A stretch of 64,000 nucleotides of DNA from Smithellaceae bacterium (GTDB lineage: Bacteria > Desulfobacterota > Syntrophia > Syntrophales > Smithellaceae): contig CAXXVL010000002.1 of NCBI GenBank assembly GCA_963667845.2, forward strand, positions 1,376,001 through 1,440,000, written 5' to 3'. The notes beneath the pieces are model-generated. The model had not been told where the DNA came from. It was given only the letters and a program-made list of their open reading frames with translations, and did not search any database. The position numbers were made by a program, and so were the translations under genes. Shown in pieces: positions 17,258-26,900 of this stretch (its first letter is position 1; each line of letters begins with the position of its first letter).

Positions 17258-19027
17258 ATGAAAAGGAAAGGGTTATTGATAGTGGCCGTTATCATGATCC
17301 TGGCAGGTGGTATTATCGCCAACCAGGTTCAAAAGGACTTCGGCCAGGTTAAAGTGACGGATGTTCGCTTTCCGGGTAAGGACGGCGCTACGCTCTCCGC
17401 GCTGCTTTATGTTCCCAGGAATGCCACCGCTCAGACCCCGGCTCCAGGTATTCAGGCGATTCACGGCTATATCAATTCCCGGGAAACACAATCGGGTTTT
17501 GCCATTGAATTTGCCCGACGCGGCTGGGTGGTTCTGGAACTCGACCAGATGGGGCATGGCTATTCTACGCCGCCTGTGGGCGCCAATGGTTATGGCGCAA
17601 TTGACGGCCTGGCTTATCTCAGGAGCCTGGATTTTGTAGATAAAAATAAGATCGGCCTGGAAGGCCATTCCATGGGCGGTTGGGCCTCGGTTATTGCAGC
17701 GGCGACCCGTCCCGATGATTATGCGGCGATGGTGCTGGAAGGTTCGTCCACCGCCACAAAATTCTCCCAGAAGTTTGTCCCGATTCCCGGCAGCCCGACC
17801 TTTCCCCGGAATCTCGCCGTTGTTTTCAGCACGTGCGATGAGTTCTCCATGCTGATGTGGGAAGTGCCGGTCGGCAGAGACGTCATCAACAGCGAACCGC
17901 TCAAAAAAGTTTTCGGAACGGCGGCCACCGTCGAACCGGGGAAGATTTACGGCTCGATCAAAGAAGGCACCGCACGAGTTCTCTATCAGCCGAAAACCAC
18001 ACATCCCGGCGATCACATTTCCGTAAGTGCGATCGGCTATGCGATTGAGTGGTTCCAGCAAACCCTGGGAGAGGTGAAGCCTCTTCCCGCCGCAAACCAG
18101 ATCTGGTACTGGAAAGAGATTGCAACGCTCATCAGCCTGATCGGCTGTCTTCTTTTTATTTTTGCCTTCGGTTGCCTGCTTTTGCAGACCCGGTTCTTCA
18201 GTGCTCTTGCCGGCGCCCCGCAAAATCCCAGGCCGGCTAAAGGCGTGGCCTGGTGGATCGGAGCCCTGCTGATGATTGTCATCCCCGCCATCACTTATTT
18301 TCCGCTCAATGGCATTGGGAATTCTGCCGTCAAGGCAAGCTGGCTCTTTCCCCAGCAGGTGACGAACACGATTATGTTCTGGCTTATCGTCAATATGGTC
18401 ATCTCCCTGGTTCTCTTCCTCATCTGGCACGGATTTAATCGGCAAAAAGGCGGTAATGCCGTTTCCTACGGCATAGCCGATGCCCACGGGGCCACCTGGA
18501 AAAAAATCGGTCTCTCGGCGATTTTTGCCATCATCGTGATCGGCATGGCCTATCTGTCGGTCGTCTTGATTTCTGCTATTTTCACTGTGGATTACCGGTT
18601 CTGGATCATGCAGCTCAAACCCATGAGCGCTCTGCAGTTTAAGATTGGCCTGCGCTATGTGATCCCCTTCCTGCTCTTTTATCTGGTATTTGCGGTCGTG
18701 TTGCATGGCCAACTGCGATCGGCCGCCGGCTCGCTTGCCAGCCGGATGATCAAGGCGGTCGTGGTGACGTCACTGGGTTATCTTGTGCTGCTATTGCTTC
18801 TCTACGTCCCGTTGTTTGCCGGCGGGCCGCTCGGCATGCCGGACATTCGCTTGATTCTTTACGCGATTGTCGCCATCCAGGTTTTGCCCCTGTTTATTGT
18901 CGTTACCTTCATCTCGACATATTTCTTTGAAAAAACCGGGTTGATCTATCCCGGCGCGTTCGTCAATGGGTTGTTTCTCACCTGGTATATTATCGCGTCC
19001 CAGGCGACCCATTTTCCGTTAAAGTAG
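17258..19027 (+). CDS. Alpha/beta hydrolase with C-terminal polytopic membrane domain
   Basis: AGGAGG SD before ATG 17258; IHGY, GHGYS, nucleophile GHSMGG; many hydrophobic segments in the C-terminal half. Confidence 0.85.
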   Translation: MKRKGLLIVAVIMILAGGIIANQVQKDFGQVKVTDVRFPGKDGATLSALLYVPRNATAQTPAPGIQAIHGYINSRETQSGFAIEFARRGWVVLELDQMGHGYSTPPVGANGYGAIDGLAYLRSLDFVDKNKIGLEGHSMGGWASVIAAATRPDDYAAMVLEGSSTATKFSQKFVPIPGSPTFPRNLAVVFSTCDEFSMLMWEVPVGRDVINSEPLKKVFGTAATVEPGKIYGSIKEGTARVLYQPKTTHPGDHISVSAIGYAIEWFQQTLGEVKPLPAANQIWYWKEIATLISLIGCLLFIFAFGCLLLQTRFFSALAGAPQNPRPAKGVAWWIGALLMIVIPAITYFPLNGIGNSAVKASWLFPQQVTNTIMFWLIVNMVISLVLFLIWHGFNRQKGGNAVSYGIADAHGATWKKIGLSAIFAIIVIGMAYLSVVLISAIFTVDYRFWIMQLKPMSALQFKIGLRYVIPFLLFYLVFAVVLHGQLRSAAGSLASRMIKAVVVTSLGYLVLLLLLYVPLFAGGPLGMPDIRLILYAIVAIQVLPLFIVVTFISTYFFEKTGLIYPGAFVNGLFLTWYIIASQATHFPLK

Positions 19028-19049
19028 ATCTTATTCCGGTTCGTTTTGA

Positions 19050-19081
19050 CAAGAGGCAGTTGAGCAATCAACTGCCTCTTG
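19050..19081 (+). terminator. Stem-loop downstream of the hydrolase gene
   Basis: CAAGAGGCAGTTGA-GCAA-TCAACTGCCTCTTG perfect 14-bp stem; weak U tract. Confidence 0.6.
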
Positions 19082-19369
19082 CAGTCATATCCCGAATTTA
19101 TAAAAGATATTGCTTGCTATTCGGACTCATTGCCTGTAAAGACTTCGCAGGAATAGCGATACATATTGACCTTCCCACCTTTCTTAATCAGAAATTTGCT
19201 AAGGGTAATCCCGCTAATCATAATAGAATCCAGATGGTTTGCCGTGTTTGAGACTAAGTCTTTCCGACGCCGGATTTGCGTTAAAAGGCCTGCCTTTACC
19301 AGCCATGTGACGGTTTTCATTGGGTTTAAGTTTAAATAGATGCTGGTATCATACAATAAAGGATAAGTA

Positions 19370-20662
19370 ATGAGTTTTGAGAAGTTTAAGTTAGATGAAA
19401 AAATTATGGCTGGCGTTCATGCCGCCGGATACAAGAAGCCGACGCCTATTCAGGCCGAGTCCATTCCTTCCATCATGGATGGGAAGGATCTTATGGGGTT
19501 GGCCCAGACCGGAACCGGGAAAACAGCCGCTTTTGTTTTGCCGATTCTGCATCGCCTGATGAAGGGTCAGCGCGGCCCTATTCGCGCCCTGATCGTTGCT
19601 CCGACGCGGGAATTGTCCGAACAGACCCATGAAGCGATTATGCAATTGGGACGGAAAACGGGGCTTTGCAGCACCTCCATCTATGGCGGCGTCAGCATCA
19701 ACACCCAGATCAATCGCCTGCGCTCGCGTGTTGATATCGTCTCGGCTTGTCCGGGTCGTCTGCTTGATCACATCGGGCGCGGAACCCTGGATTTGTCCCA
19801 CGTGGAAGTTCTGGTTCTCGATGAAGCGGACCACATGTTCGATATGGGTTTTCTTCCGGATGTCCGCAGAATTGTCAAGCATCTGCCGGCGAAGCGCCAG
19901 ACCCTGCTTTTTTCCGCCACCATGCCGAGCGAAATTCGCTCTCTGGCCGATGATCTGCTTTCCGATCCTGTCCATATTCAGATTGGCGATACCGCACCGG
20001 TCATGACCGTTTCCCACAAGTTTTATCCGGTCGAGACCCAGCAGAAAACCGCTCTGCTCAAGGATATTCTGGAGAAGACCGACACTGAATCCGTACTGGT
20101 CTTTACCCGGACGAAATCGCGCGCCAAAAGCCTGGCCGAGCAGTTAAACAGAGTGGGGCACAAAGTGACCTCCCTGCATGGCAATCTGACGCAGCAGAAA
20201 CGCAAGCAATCTCTTGATGGATTTCGGGACGGCCGCTATGAGGTGATGATTGCCACGGATATCGCTGCGCGCGGCATCGATGTGACCCGGATCTCGCATG
20301 TGATTAACTACGATATGCCGTCTACCGCGGATGCTTACACGCACCGCATCGGCAGAACCGGACGCGCCATGAAGACCGGGGATGCGTTTACGTTTATTAC
20401 CGGAGAGGACGGCGAGCTGCTTAGGTCACTGAAGAAAATGCTGGGAGATAAGTTGCAGTATCAGAATGTTGAAGGGTTAACCATGAATCCGTCCATCTGT
20501 GAAGCGATGGGAGCCCGCGCACATCAGCTGACGAGACCCAGTAACAATAACGGCAGGAAACCTTTTTCCAACCGGACCCCGTCCGCCAGACGGCCTTCTC
20601 AGCGTTCGTTTAAAGACGCGGGACGGATGAACTGGTCATCCCACGCGCCGCAAGCGGCATAA
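19370..20662 (+). CDS. DEAD-box RNA helicase, RhlE-like
   Basis: Q motif PTPIQ, AQTGTGKT, PTREL, DEAD, SAT, ARGID, HRIGRTGR. Confidence 0.95.
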   Translation: MSFEKFKLDEKIMAGVHAAGYKKPTPIQAESIPSIMDGKDLMGLAQTGTGKTAAFVLPILHRLMKGQRGPIRALIVAPTRELSEQTHEAIMQLGRKTGLCSTSIYGGVSINTQINRLRSRVDIVSACPGRLLDHIGRGTLDLSHVEVLVLDEADHMFDMGFLPDVRRIVKHLPAKRQTLLFSATMPSEIRSLADDLLSDPVHIQIGDTAPVMTVSHKFYPVETQQKTALLKDILEKTDTESVLVFTRTKSRAKSLAEQLNRVGHKVTSLHGNLTQQKRKQSLDGFRDGRYEVMIATDIAARGIDVTRISHVINYDMPSTADAYTHRIGRTGRAMKTGDAFTFITGEDGELLRSLKKMLGDKLQYQNVEGLTMNPSICEAMGARAHQLTRPSNNNGRKPFSNRTPSARRPSQRSFKDAGRMNWSSHAPQAA

Positions 20663-20698
20663 CCAAATATCAATTAACCCTACGGGAGGCCCGGAGCT

Positions 20699-21604
20699 TT
20701 ATCGAGCTCCGGCTTCCTGCATTAATGAGGCAATCTGCTGATCCTTGTCTTTCCACAAGTCTTGCACCCACTGTTGAAAAGCGGTTTGGAATTCTTTGTC
20801 GCCTTCGTAATCACCGTGGAGAAACCGCTCGGGTATTTCCAGCGCAGAAATTCGCACCATAACCCTCTTTACTTTGCCGCATAAAAATCCCCAGAACGTC
20901 GGAACGCCGTCCGGGTAGACGATGGTAACATTCAACAGAGAGTGGAACTTGTCTCCCAGCACGCTCAAGGCCAGCGCAATGCCGCCCGCCTTGGGCGTGA
21001 GCAGGTATTGATAAGATTGTTTCTGCCCGCCGTGCTTGGTTTTTGTGAATCGCGTTCCTTCCAGAAAATTCATCACACTGGTCGGCATTTGCGTGAACTT
21101 CATGCATGCCTTTCTGGTGGTTTCAAAATCTTTTCCTCTTTGCTCGGGATGCTTCTTCAGATACGCCGCACTATGGCGTCGCAGAAAAGGAAAATCCAGC
21201 GCCCACCAGGCAAGCCCCATGAACGGCACCCAGATCAACTCCCTCTTTAAAAAAAATTTCATGAGCGGTATCCGCCGGTTCAACAGTTTTTGCAGAACAA
21301 AAATATCCGCCCAGGACTGATGATTGCTGATGACCAGATACCAGCCCCGGTAATTTAAATTATCCAAGCCCTGCACATCCCAGGTTGTCCTCTGGGTCAG
21401 TTTCATCCAGAGGCCATTGCCGGCAATCCAATTTTCAGCCAGCCACGGCAGGATTTTATTGAACAGACGGGTGAGCGGCCGAAAAGGCAAAAGAAATTTC
21501 AGGAAGGAAAAAACAAACAAAATCGTTACCCAGAACACGACATTCAAAGCCAACAAAGTTACTGCAATGCAGCCCATCAGCCAATCAGGCAGAAAATTCA
21601 ACAT
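20699..21604 (-). CDS. yihG: Acyltransferase, YihG-like
   Basis: SNHQSWAD, KFFLKRELIWVPFMGLAWWALDFPF, FLEGTRF, LTPKAGG. Confidence 0.88.
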   Translation of the reverse strand: MLNFLPDWLMGCIAVTLLALNVVFWVTILFVFSFLKFLLPFRPLTRLFNKILPWLAENWIAGNGLWMKLTQRTTWDVQGLDNLNYRGWYLVISNHQSWADIFVLQKLLNRRIPLMKFFLKRELIWVPFMGLAWWALDFPFLRRHSAAYLKKHPEQRGKDFETTRKACMKFTQMPTSVMNFLEGTRFTKTKHGGQKQSYQYLLTPKAGGIALALSVLGDKFHSLLNVTIVYPDGVPTFWGFLCGKVKRVMVRISALEIPERFLHGDYEGDKEFQTAFQQWVQDLWKDKDQQIASLMQEAGAR

Positions 21605-21725
21605 TCTTCACTCCTTCGTATAATCGATGGGTAAGCCTTAACACGGGCTGCCCGATTGGTCAAAACAAAATGAAGCCGGACGCTTTTGATGGCAATACGC
21701 TTTCCTCTGCTGTATAAGTCAATAC

Positions 21726-22028
21726 ATGGTAAGGTCAAAAGATGAACCAAAACGGGTAACCTGGATAGTCTACATCTTGTGCTGTGCGGACGGCAGTTTC
21801 TATACGGGGGCGACCAATCGTCTTGAAAAAAGGTTGCTGGATCACAACAGGGGAACGGCCTCCAAATACACCCGGTCGAGAAGACCGGTCACCCTGTTGG
21901 CGGCAAGCGCTGAAATGAATCAGAGTGAGGCCCTGCGTCTTGAGATAAAAATCAAAAGGATGCCGAAAGTAAAAAAGATTGCCTGTCTCCAAGCTGCAAC
22001 CGCTAAGACAAAAGCTCACCAAGCGTGA
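21726..22028 (+). CDS. GIY-YIG nuclease family protein (UPF0213-like)
   Basis: VYILCCADGSFYTGAT...R...HN.G.ASKYTRSRRPV...EALRLE. Confidence 0.9.
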   Translation: MVRSKDEPKRVTWIVYILCCADGSFYTGATNRLEKRLLDHNRGTASKYTRSRRPVTLLAASAEMNQSEALRLEIKIKRMPKVKKIACLQAATAKTKAHQA

Positions 22029-22220
22029 CCTGTGATTAAAAAAACTCCTCTTTCAAATGACTTTATTTCAATGGCTGTCTTGAAATTCTAACAGTGCGTC
22101 ACGATAATATTCTGAATGTCTCCGCAACAATCTTGGAGGGATCCAACAGAGAGACACGTTCTCATTTCCCGCTTTGTCCGGTTCATTGTGCGGCCCGGGC
22201 AGTGTTATTTGAAAATCTGC

Positions 22221-22272
22221 TTGACTTTCATGAGCCAAATATTTAACCATACGGTTAAACCAAACGGTTAAA
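22221..22272 (+). promoter_or_regulatory. Probable tetR promoter with two overlapping palindromic operators
   Basis: TTGACT at 22221; perfect TTTAACC-ATAC-GGTTAAA (22242-22259) and a near copy 13 bp downstream (22255-22272). Confidence 0.65.
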
Positions 22273-22329
22273 TCCCGCTCACGCGGGACGAGCGTTAATT
22301 CCCTGTCGCTTGCTGCGAGGGGGTTGATT
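22268..22329. repeat. Dispersed palindromic repeat, copy 2 (internal deletion of about 40 bp)
   Basis: Same ends as copies 1 and 3; lacks the segment between the two internal TTGCTGCGA repeats. Confidence 0.85.
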
Positions 22330-22424
22330 ATTTGGCCGGATAAAAGAGATCCCGATAGATTGCTTTTCGCAGGGATGGAAATTAAATTATTGCAGATGCG
22401 GATTCGATAACGCAGGTAACCGAT

Positions 22425-23039
22425 ATGGAAAAGCCAGGCAAGACGGCCGAAAAGATCATCAATGCGGCGCGGGCGGTTTTCGCTGAAAAAGGCTACAGCG
22501 GGACGCACGTGGATGAAATTGCCGCGCGCGCCGGGGTTAACAAGGCGACGCTCTATTATCAGATCGGCGATAAAGACACGCTTTACGCCAATGTCATTCA
22601 CCAGGTTCTGGGTAATATTGCCGAAGTCATTGCTGATGCCGTGGGGAAGGCGACAAATCCTGAGGAAAAATTGAAAACGTATATTAACTGCATTGCCGCG
22701 GCGGTTGATAAAAACCCCGAACTTCCGCCGATTATGATGCGCGAGATGGCCGGAGGCGGCGCCCATTTGCCCCGAGTAGTCGTGGAAGACATCGCCTCCG
22801 TTCTGACCATTCTTCTGGGAATTCTGGATGAAGGAAGAAAAAAAGGAATTTTTGTCGAGGTCGTGCCGTTTCTCATCCATATGATGATCATGGGCACGAT
22901 CCTGTTCTATAAAAAAAGTGCACCGATTAAGGATCAGCAGACGTGGCTTCCGGAAGCGCTCAAAGCCCGCGATCGAAAGCTCAAAGGCAGTTTGGGAGAA
23001 GAAGTGGGGAAGCTTGTTCTCCGGGCGATCAAGAAGTAA
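22425..23039 (+). CDS. TetR/AcrR-family regulator
   Basis: IINAARAVFAEKGYSGTHVDEIAARAGVNKATLYY HTH. Confidence 0.93.
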   Translation: MEKPGKTAEKIINAARAVFAEKGYSGTHVDEIAARAGVNKATLYYQIGDKDTLYANVIHQVLGNIAEVIADAVGKATNPEEKLKTYINCIAAAVDKNPELPPIMMREMAGGGAHLPRVVVEDIASVLTILLGILDEGRKKGIFVEVVPFLIHMMIMGTILFYKKSAPIKDQQTWLPEALKARDRKLKGSLGEEVGKLVLRAIKK

Positions 23040-23234
23040 AGCTCCTGCCTTCATCTTCATCCGGAGGATGGCGTTGACGGCGGGTTTGATTTCCGCATCG
23101 GCGCGCTCGGGCAGTATGCACCGGCGCCGACCCTGCCTGACGCTTGTACCTCGCGTTCAGGATCGTTCATCAAGGCACCGCAACATACCGGCTGAGGGGT
23201 AAGGGTCGCGGAGACTCGTTTAGGGGGAAGAATT

Positions 23235-24248
23235 GTGAAAAAGAAAATCATCATTATTGTATTCGCGCTCACATTTGTCGGCGTCGGACTGTTTGTTTAT
23301 ATAGGGCAGAACAACAAGAAGGCGGGCGGTCTATTTTATTCCGGCACGATTGAAACGACGCAGGCCAAACTGTCTTTTCAGGTTCCCGGACGTGTTGCCG
23401 AAGTCAAGGTTCAGGAAGGCCAGTCGGTCGCAAAAAACCAGGTCATCGCCTTGCTGGACCGGGCGGAATTCGAATCGCGCTATGAACAGGCCAGGGCCAA
23501 TCTCGATCGCGCCGTGAAAACAAAACAGCAGTTGATTACGGCACTCCAAATCAGCCAAAGGACTTTACCGGCGGAAGTCGCGAGAGCACAGGCGGGGGTG
23601 AAAAGCGCGCGAGATTCGTTGGCCGATGCCGAAAAGAACTACCGGCGTTATGAGGAATTGTTTCGCCAGAGTGTGGTGACGGAGAAGGAGCGCGATACGC
23701 TGAAGCTCGGCTACGATGTGGCCAAATCGCGGCTCGCGGAAAGTGAATCGGTGCTTAAGCTGGCCGAAGGCAATCTCGGGCGCATCGAGGCGGCCAGAGA
23801 TGACATTACCACGGCCGGGGCGCAGATCGATGTGGCCCGGGCAGCGCTCAATCAGGCGGGCATTCAGCTCGCCTATACTGAGCTGATATCTCCGCAGGAC
23901 GGCGTGGTCGTCAGCCGCAATATTGAACCGGGTGAGACGGTGAATATCGGGAGAGAAGTGATCACGATTTCCGATCTTCATCGCGTGGATTTGAAAATAT
24001 TTGTTGATGAAGCCGCGATCGGCCGGATCAAACCCGGCCAGAAAGCGGCCGTCAGCGTCGATACTTTTCCCGGCAAGATTTACGAGGGAACGGTTTCCTT
24101 CGTTTCGCCGGAAGGTGAATTCACGCCAAAAATTATCCAGACGCAAAAAGAAAGAGTCAAACTGGTTTATCTGGTGAAAATTTCCATTGACAATCCTCTC
24201 TATGAGCTGAAAGCGGGCATGCCGGCAGACACCCGCCTGAATCCATAA
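23235..24248 (+). CDS. Membrane fusion protein, YbhG/HlyD-like
   Basis: N-terminal TM, lipoyl-like halves, coiled coil, EGEFTPKIIQT..ERVKLVY, LKAGMPAD. Confidence 0.9.
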   Translation: MKKKIIIIVFALTFVGVGLFVYIGQNNKKAGGLFYSGTIETTQAKLSFQVPGRVAEVKVQEGQSVAKNQVIALLDRAEFESRYEQARANLDRAVKTKQQLITALQISQRTLPAEVARAQAGVKSARDSLADAEKNYRRYEELFRQSVVTEKERDTLKLGYDVAKSRLAESESVLKLAEGNLGRIEAARDDITTAGAQIDVARAALNQAGIQLAYTELISPQDGVVVSRNIEPGETVNIGREVITISDLHRVDLKIFVDEAAIGRIKPGQKAAVSVDTFPGKIYEGTVSFVSPEGEFTPKIIQTQKERVKLVYLVKISIDNPLYELKAGMPADTRLNP

Positions 24249-24260
24249 CGGAGCGACAAC

Positions 24261-25034
24261 ATGGTGGATCTGTCCGACAACCCTCGTCCGGTCGTGGAAG
24301 TTAAAAACCTTTTTCTCTCCTTTAAGCAGGTGCAGGCGGTCAGAGACATTTCATTTAGCGTGCCGGGCCAAAGTATTTTCGGTCTGGTCGGCTCCGACGG
24401 GGCCGGAAAATCCAGCGTCCTGAGGCTCATTGCCGGTATGATCAAACCCTCTCGGGGTGAAATCACGATCGATGGGCTCGATTCCGCCAAAGCCCGGCAA
24501 AAAATCAAACACCTCATCGGATACATGCCTCAGCGCTTCGGTCTTTATCCGGACCTGACCGTGCAGGAGAATATGGATTTTTTTATGGATGTGTTCGGCA
24601 TTGGGCGTGCCGAGAGGAAAAAGCGCAAGGAAAAGTATCTGGGGTTTTCCAATCTGTTGCCTTTTGTGGACAGGCTGGCCGGTGATCTCTCCGGCGGCAT
24701 GAAACAAAAGCTCGGACTGGCCTGCGTTTTAGTTCATGAACCCAAGCTGCTGATTCTGGATGAGCCGACCAACGGCGTCGATCCGGTCTCCCGGCGGGAA
24801 TTCTGGGATATCCTCGGGACGATGCGCCAGGCAGGCATGACGCTGCTCATTTCGACGGCCTATCTGGACGAGGGTGAGAAATGCGATCAACTGGCCCTGA
24901 TGCATTCGGGGGTCATCCTGGAGCAAAATGCGCCCGCTATCATGCAGGGGGACTTCCCGTCGCTGGAGGCGGCCATCATTGCCCGGATCAAGGAAGCGGA
25001 TAAGGAGCTTGCCCATGACGCCTTCTCCATCTGA
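24261..25034 (+). CDS. ABC transporter ATP-binding protein (YbhF N-half-like)
   Basis: GSDGAGKS, GYMPQRFGLY, LSGGMKQKL, LDEPT. Confidence 0.9.
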   Translation: MVDLSDNPRPVVEVKNLFLSFKQVQAVRDISFSVPGQSIFGLVGSDGAGKSSVLRLIAGMIKPSRGEITIDGLDSAKARQKIKHLIGYMPQRFGLYPDLTVQENMDFFMDVFGIGRAERKKRKEKYLGFSNLLPFVDRLAGDLSGGMKQKLGLACVLVHEPKLLILDEPTNGVDPVSRREFWDILGTMRQAGMTLLISTAYLDEGEKCDQLALMHSGVILEQNAPAIMQGDFPSLEAAIIARIKEADKELAHDAFSI

Positions 25035-25770
25035 CGCCATCGTGGTCTCCGAACTGGAAAAAAAGTTCGGCGATTTTGTTGCCGTCAATAAAATCACATT
25101 TTCGGTTAAGAGAGGCGAAATCTTCGGGTTTCTGGGCGCGAACGGTTCCGGCAAGTCCACAACGATTCGCATGCTGTGCGGAATCATCGCGCCGACATCC
25201 GGCAGCGGCCGGGTTGCCGGTTTCGACATGATCCGCGAGCCCGAAGATATCAAACAGGCCATCGGCTATATGTCGCAAAAGTTTTCATTGTATGAAGATC
25301 TGACGCCTTACGAAAACATCCGTTTTTATCTGGGTATTTACAGCGTTCCGCAAAATCAATGGCGGGAGCGTTCGGACTGGATATTGAATATGACGCGACT
25401 CACGGACGTCCGCCACCGCCTGACCAGGGAATTACCACCGGGGTGGCGTCAGCGGCTCGCGCTGGGTTGCGCGCTTTTGCATAAACCGCAAATTCTGTTT
25501 CTGGATGAGCCTACGTCGGGCGTGGACCCGATTACCCGTGAGCATTTCTGGACGTTCATCCGGCAACTCGCCGGCGGCGGAATTACGATTTTTGTTACGA
25601 CGCATTATATGGATGAGGCGCGCTTTTGCGAACGGATTGTCATGATCAATGCGGGCAACATTGTGGCGTCAGGCTCCCCTTCGGAAATTATTCGGGCCGC
25701 CTGTCCCGGTTCGCCCGATGCCGACTTGAATGATGCCTTCATCACGTTGATGAAAAGGACGCAGGATTGA
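25015..25770 (+). CDS. ABC transporter ATP-binding protein (YbhF C-half-like)
   Basis: GANGSGKST, GYMSQKFSLY, LDEPTSGVDP, TTHYMDEA; start placed at ATG 25015. Confidence 0.88.
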   Translation: MTPSPSDAIVVSELEKKFGDFVAVNKITFSVKRGEIFGFLGANGSGKSTTIRMLCGIIAPTSGSGRVAGFDMIREPEDIKQAIGYMSQKFSLYEDLTPYENIRFYLGIYSVPQNQWRERSDWILNMTRLTDVRHRLTRELPPGWRQRLALGCALLHKPQILFLDEPTSGVDPITREHFWTFIRQLAGGGITIFVTTHYMDEARFCERIVMINAGNIVASGSPSEIIRAACPGSPDADLNDAFITLMKRTQD

Positions 25771-26900
25771 ATCCCTTAAGATTAAAAGCCATTGTCCGCA
25801 AAGAATTTTATCACCTGATCCGGGATTACCGCAGCCTGTATCTCGCCTTTGCCATTCCTCTGTTGTTGATCATCCTTTTCGGCTATGCGCTCAGTCTGGA
25901 TGTCGATCATATCAAGACCGTCGTCGTGGATTCCGACAAAACTGCACTGAGCCGCGATTTTGCCGGCAAGTTAGATGCATCGCCCTATTTTGATATCGTC
26001 GCCGGCCTCGACTCATCCGCGCAGATAGCCGACTATCTCGATCACGGCGAAGTTTCTGTGGCCATCGTCATTCCTCCCGACTTCACGAAAAATATCGGCG
26101 CGGATCGGGAAGCGCAGATGCAGGTGATCATCGACGGCAGCGATCCGATTTTTGCCGGAGCCGTACGCGGGTATTTAACCGCCTTCATCGAATCTTATAA
26201 TTCGAAGCTGCTGGCTTCGTTTCTCAACCGGCAGGGACTCACGACGATCAAGTCTCCCGTGGACGGCCGAATCCGCATCTGGTTTAATGAGGATCTGGAA
26301 AGCCGCAATTTTATCCTTCCGGGAATGATCGCCATCATCATCATGATTGTCGGCGCCATGCTGACATCCCTGGTGATCGCGCGGGAATATGAAAGCGGCA
26401 CGATGGAGACGATTAAGTCTCTGCCGATTCATGCGGGCGAAATGCTGTTGGGCAAGGCGATCCCTTATTTTTTTATCGGGTTCGCCAATGTGCTCATCGC
26501 CATGCTCCTGGGGCAGGTCCTTTTCGGCGTCGTGATGAAAGGGAGTTTCTGGCTGATGATCCTGGCCACATCTTTATATCTGGTGTGCGCGGTTTCCCTC
26601 GGGCTCCTGATTTCATCCGCGACCAAATCACAGTTAATGGCCAACCAGGCCGCGGTCATGCTGACCTATCTGCCGTCATTGCTTTTGTCTAATTTTGTCT
26701 TCCCCATCATCAATATGCCGATTGTGCTGCAGTGGGTGACGTATCTGGTTCCGGCCAGATACTACATCGATATTCTGGTGGGCGTCTATTTGCGCGATAC
26801 CGGCCTTAAGTATCTGGGCCCTGATATGGCGGTGTTAGGGGGCATGTGTCTGGTCATGATAGCACTCAATTACCTCATGCTGAAAAAGGAAGGTTTATGA
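25767..26900 (+). CDS. ABC-2 permease, YbhS-like
   Basis: LFGYALSLD, IAREYESGTME, multiple TMs. Confidence 0.9.
   Translation: MNPLRLKAIVRKEFYHLIRDYRSLYLAFAIPLLLIILFGYALSLDVDHIKTVVVDSDKTALSRDFAGKLDASPYFDIVAGLDSSAQIADYLDHGEVSVAIVIPPDFTKNIGADREAQMQVIIDGSDPIFAGAVRGYLTAFIESYNSKLLASFLNRQGLTTIKSPVDGRIRIWFNEDLESRNFILPGMIAIIIMIVGAMLTSLVIAREYESGTMETIKSLPIHAGEMLLGKAIPYFFIGFANVLIAMLLGQVLFGVVMKGSFWLMILATSLYLVCAVSLGLLISSATKSQLMANQAAVMLTYLPSLLLSNFVFPIINMPIVLQWVTYLVPARYYIDILVGVYLRDTGLKYLGPDMAVLGGMCLVMIALNYLMLKKEGL

Noticed and set aside
17273..18712. 479-aa antisense ORF
   Set aside because: Entirely antisense to the well-supported hydrolase; typical shadow ORF.
21726..22028. GIY-YIG protein as a homing endonuclease or mobile element
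   Set aside because: Stand-alone 100-aa UPF0213-like protein with no intron, intein or flanking repeats.
22068..23060. 330-aa antisense ORF
   Set aside because: Shadow of tetR running through the repeat and promoter; no motifs.
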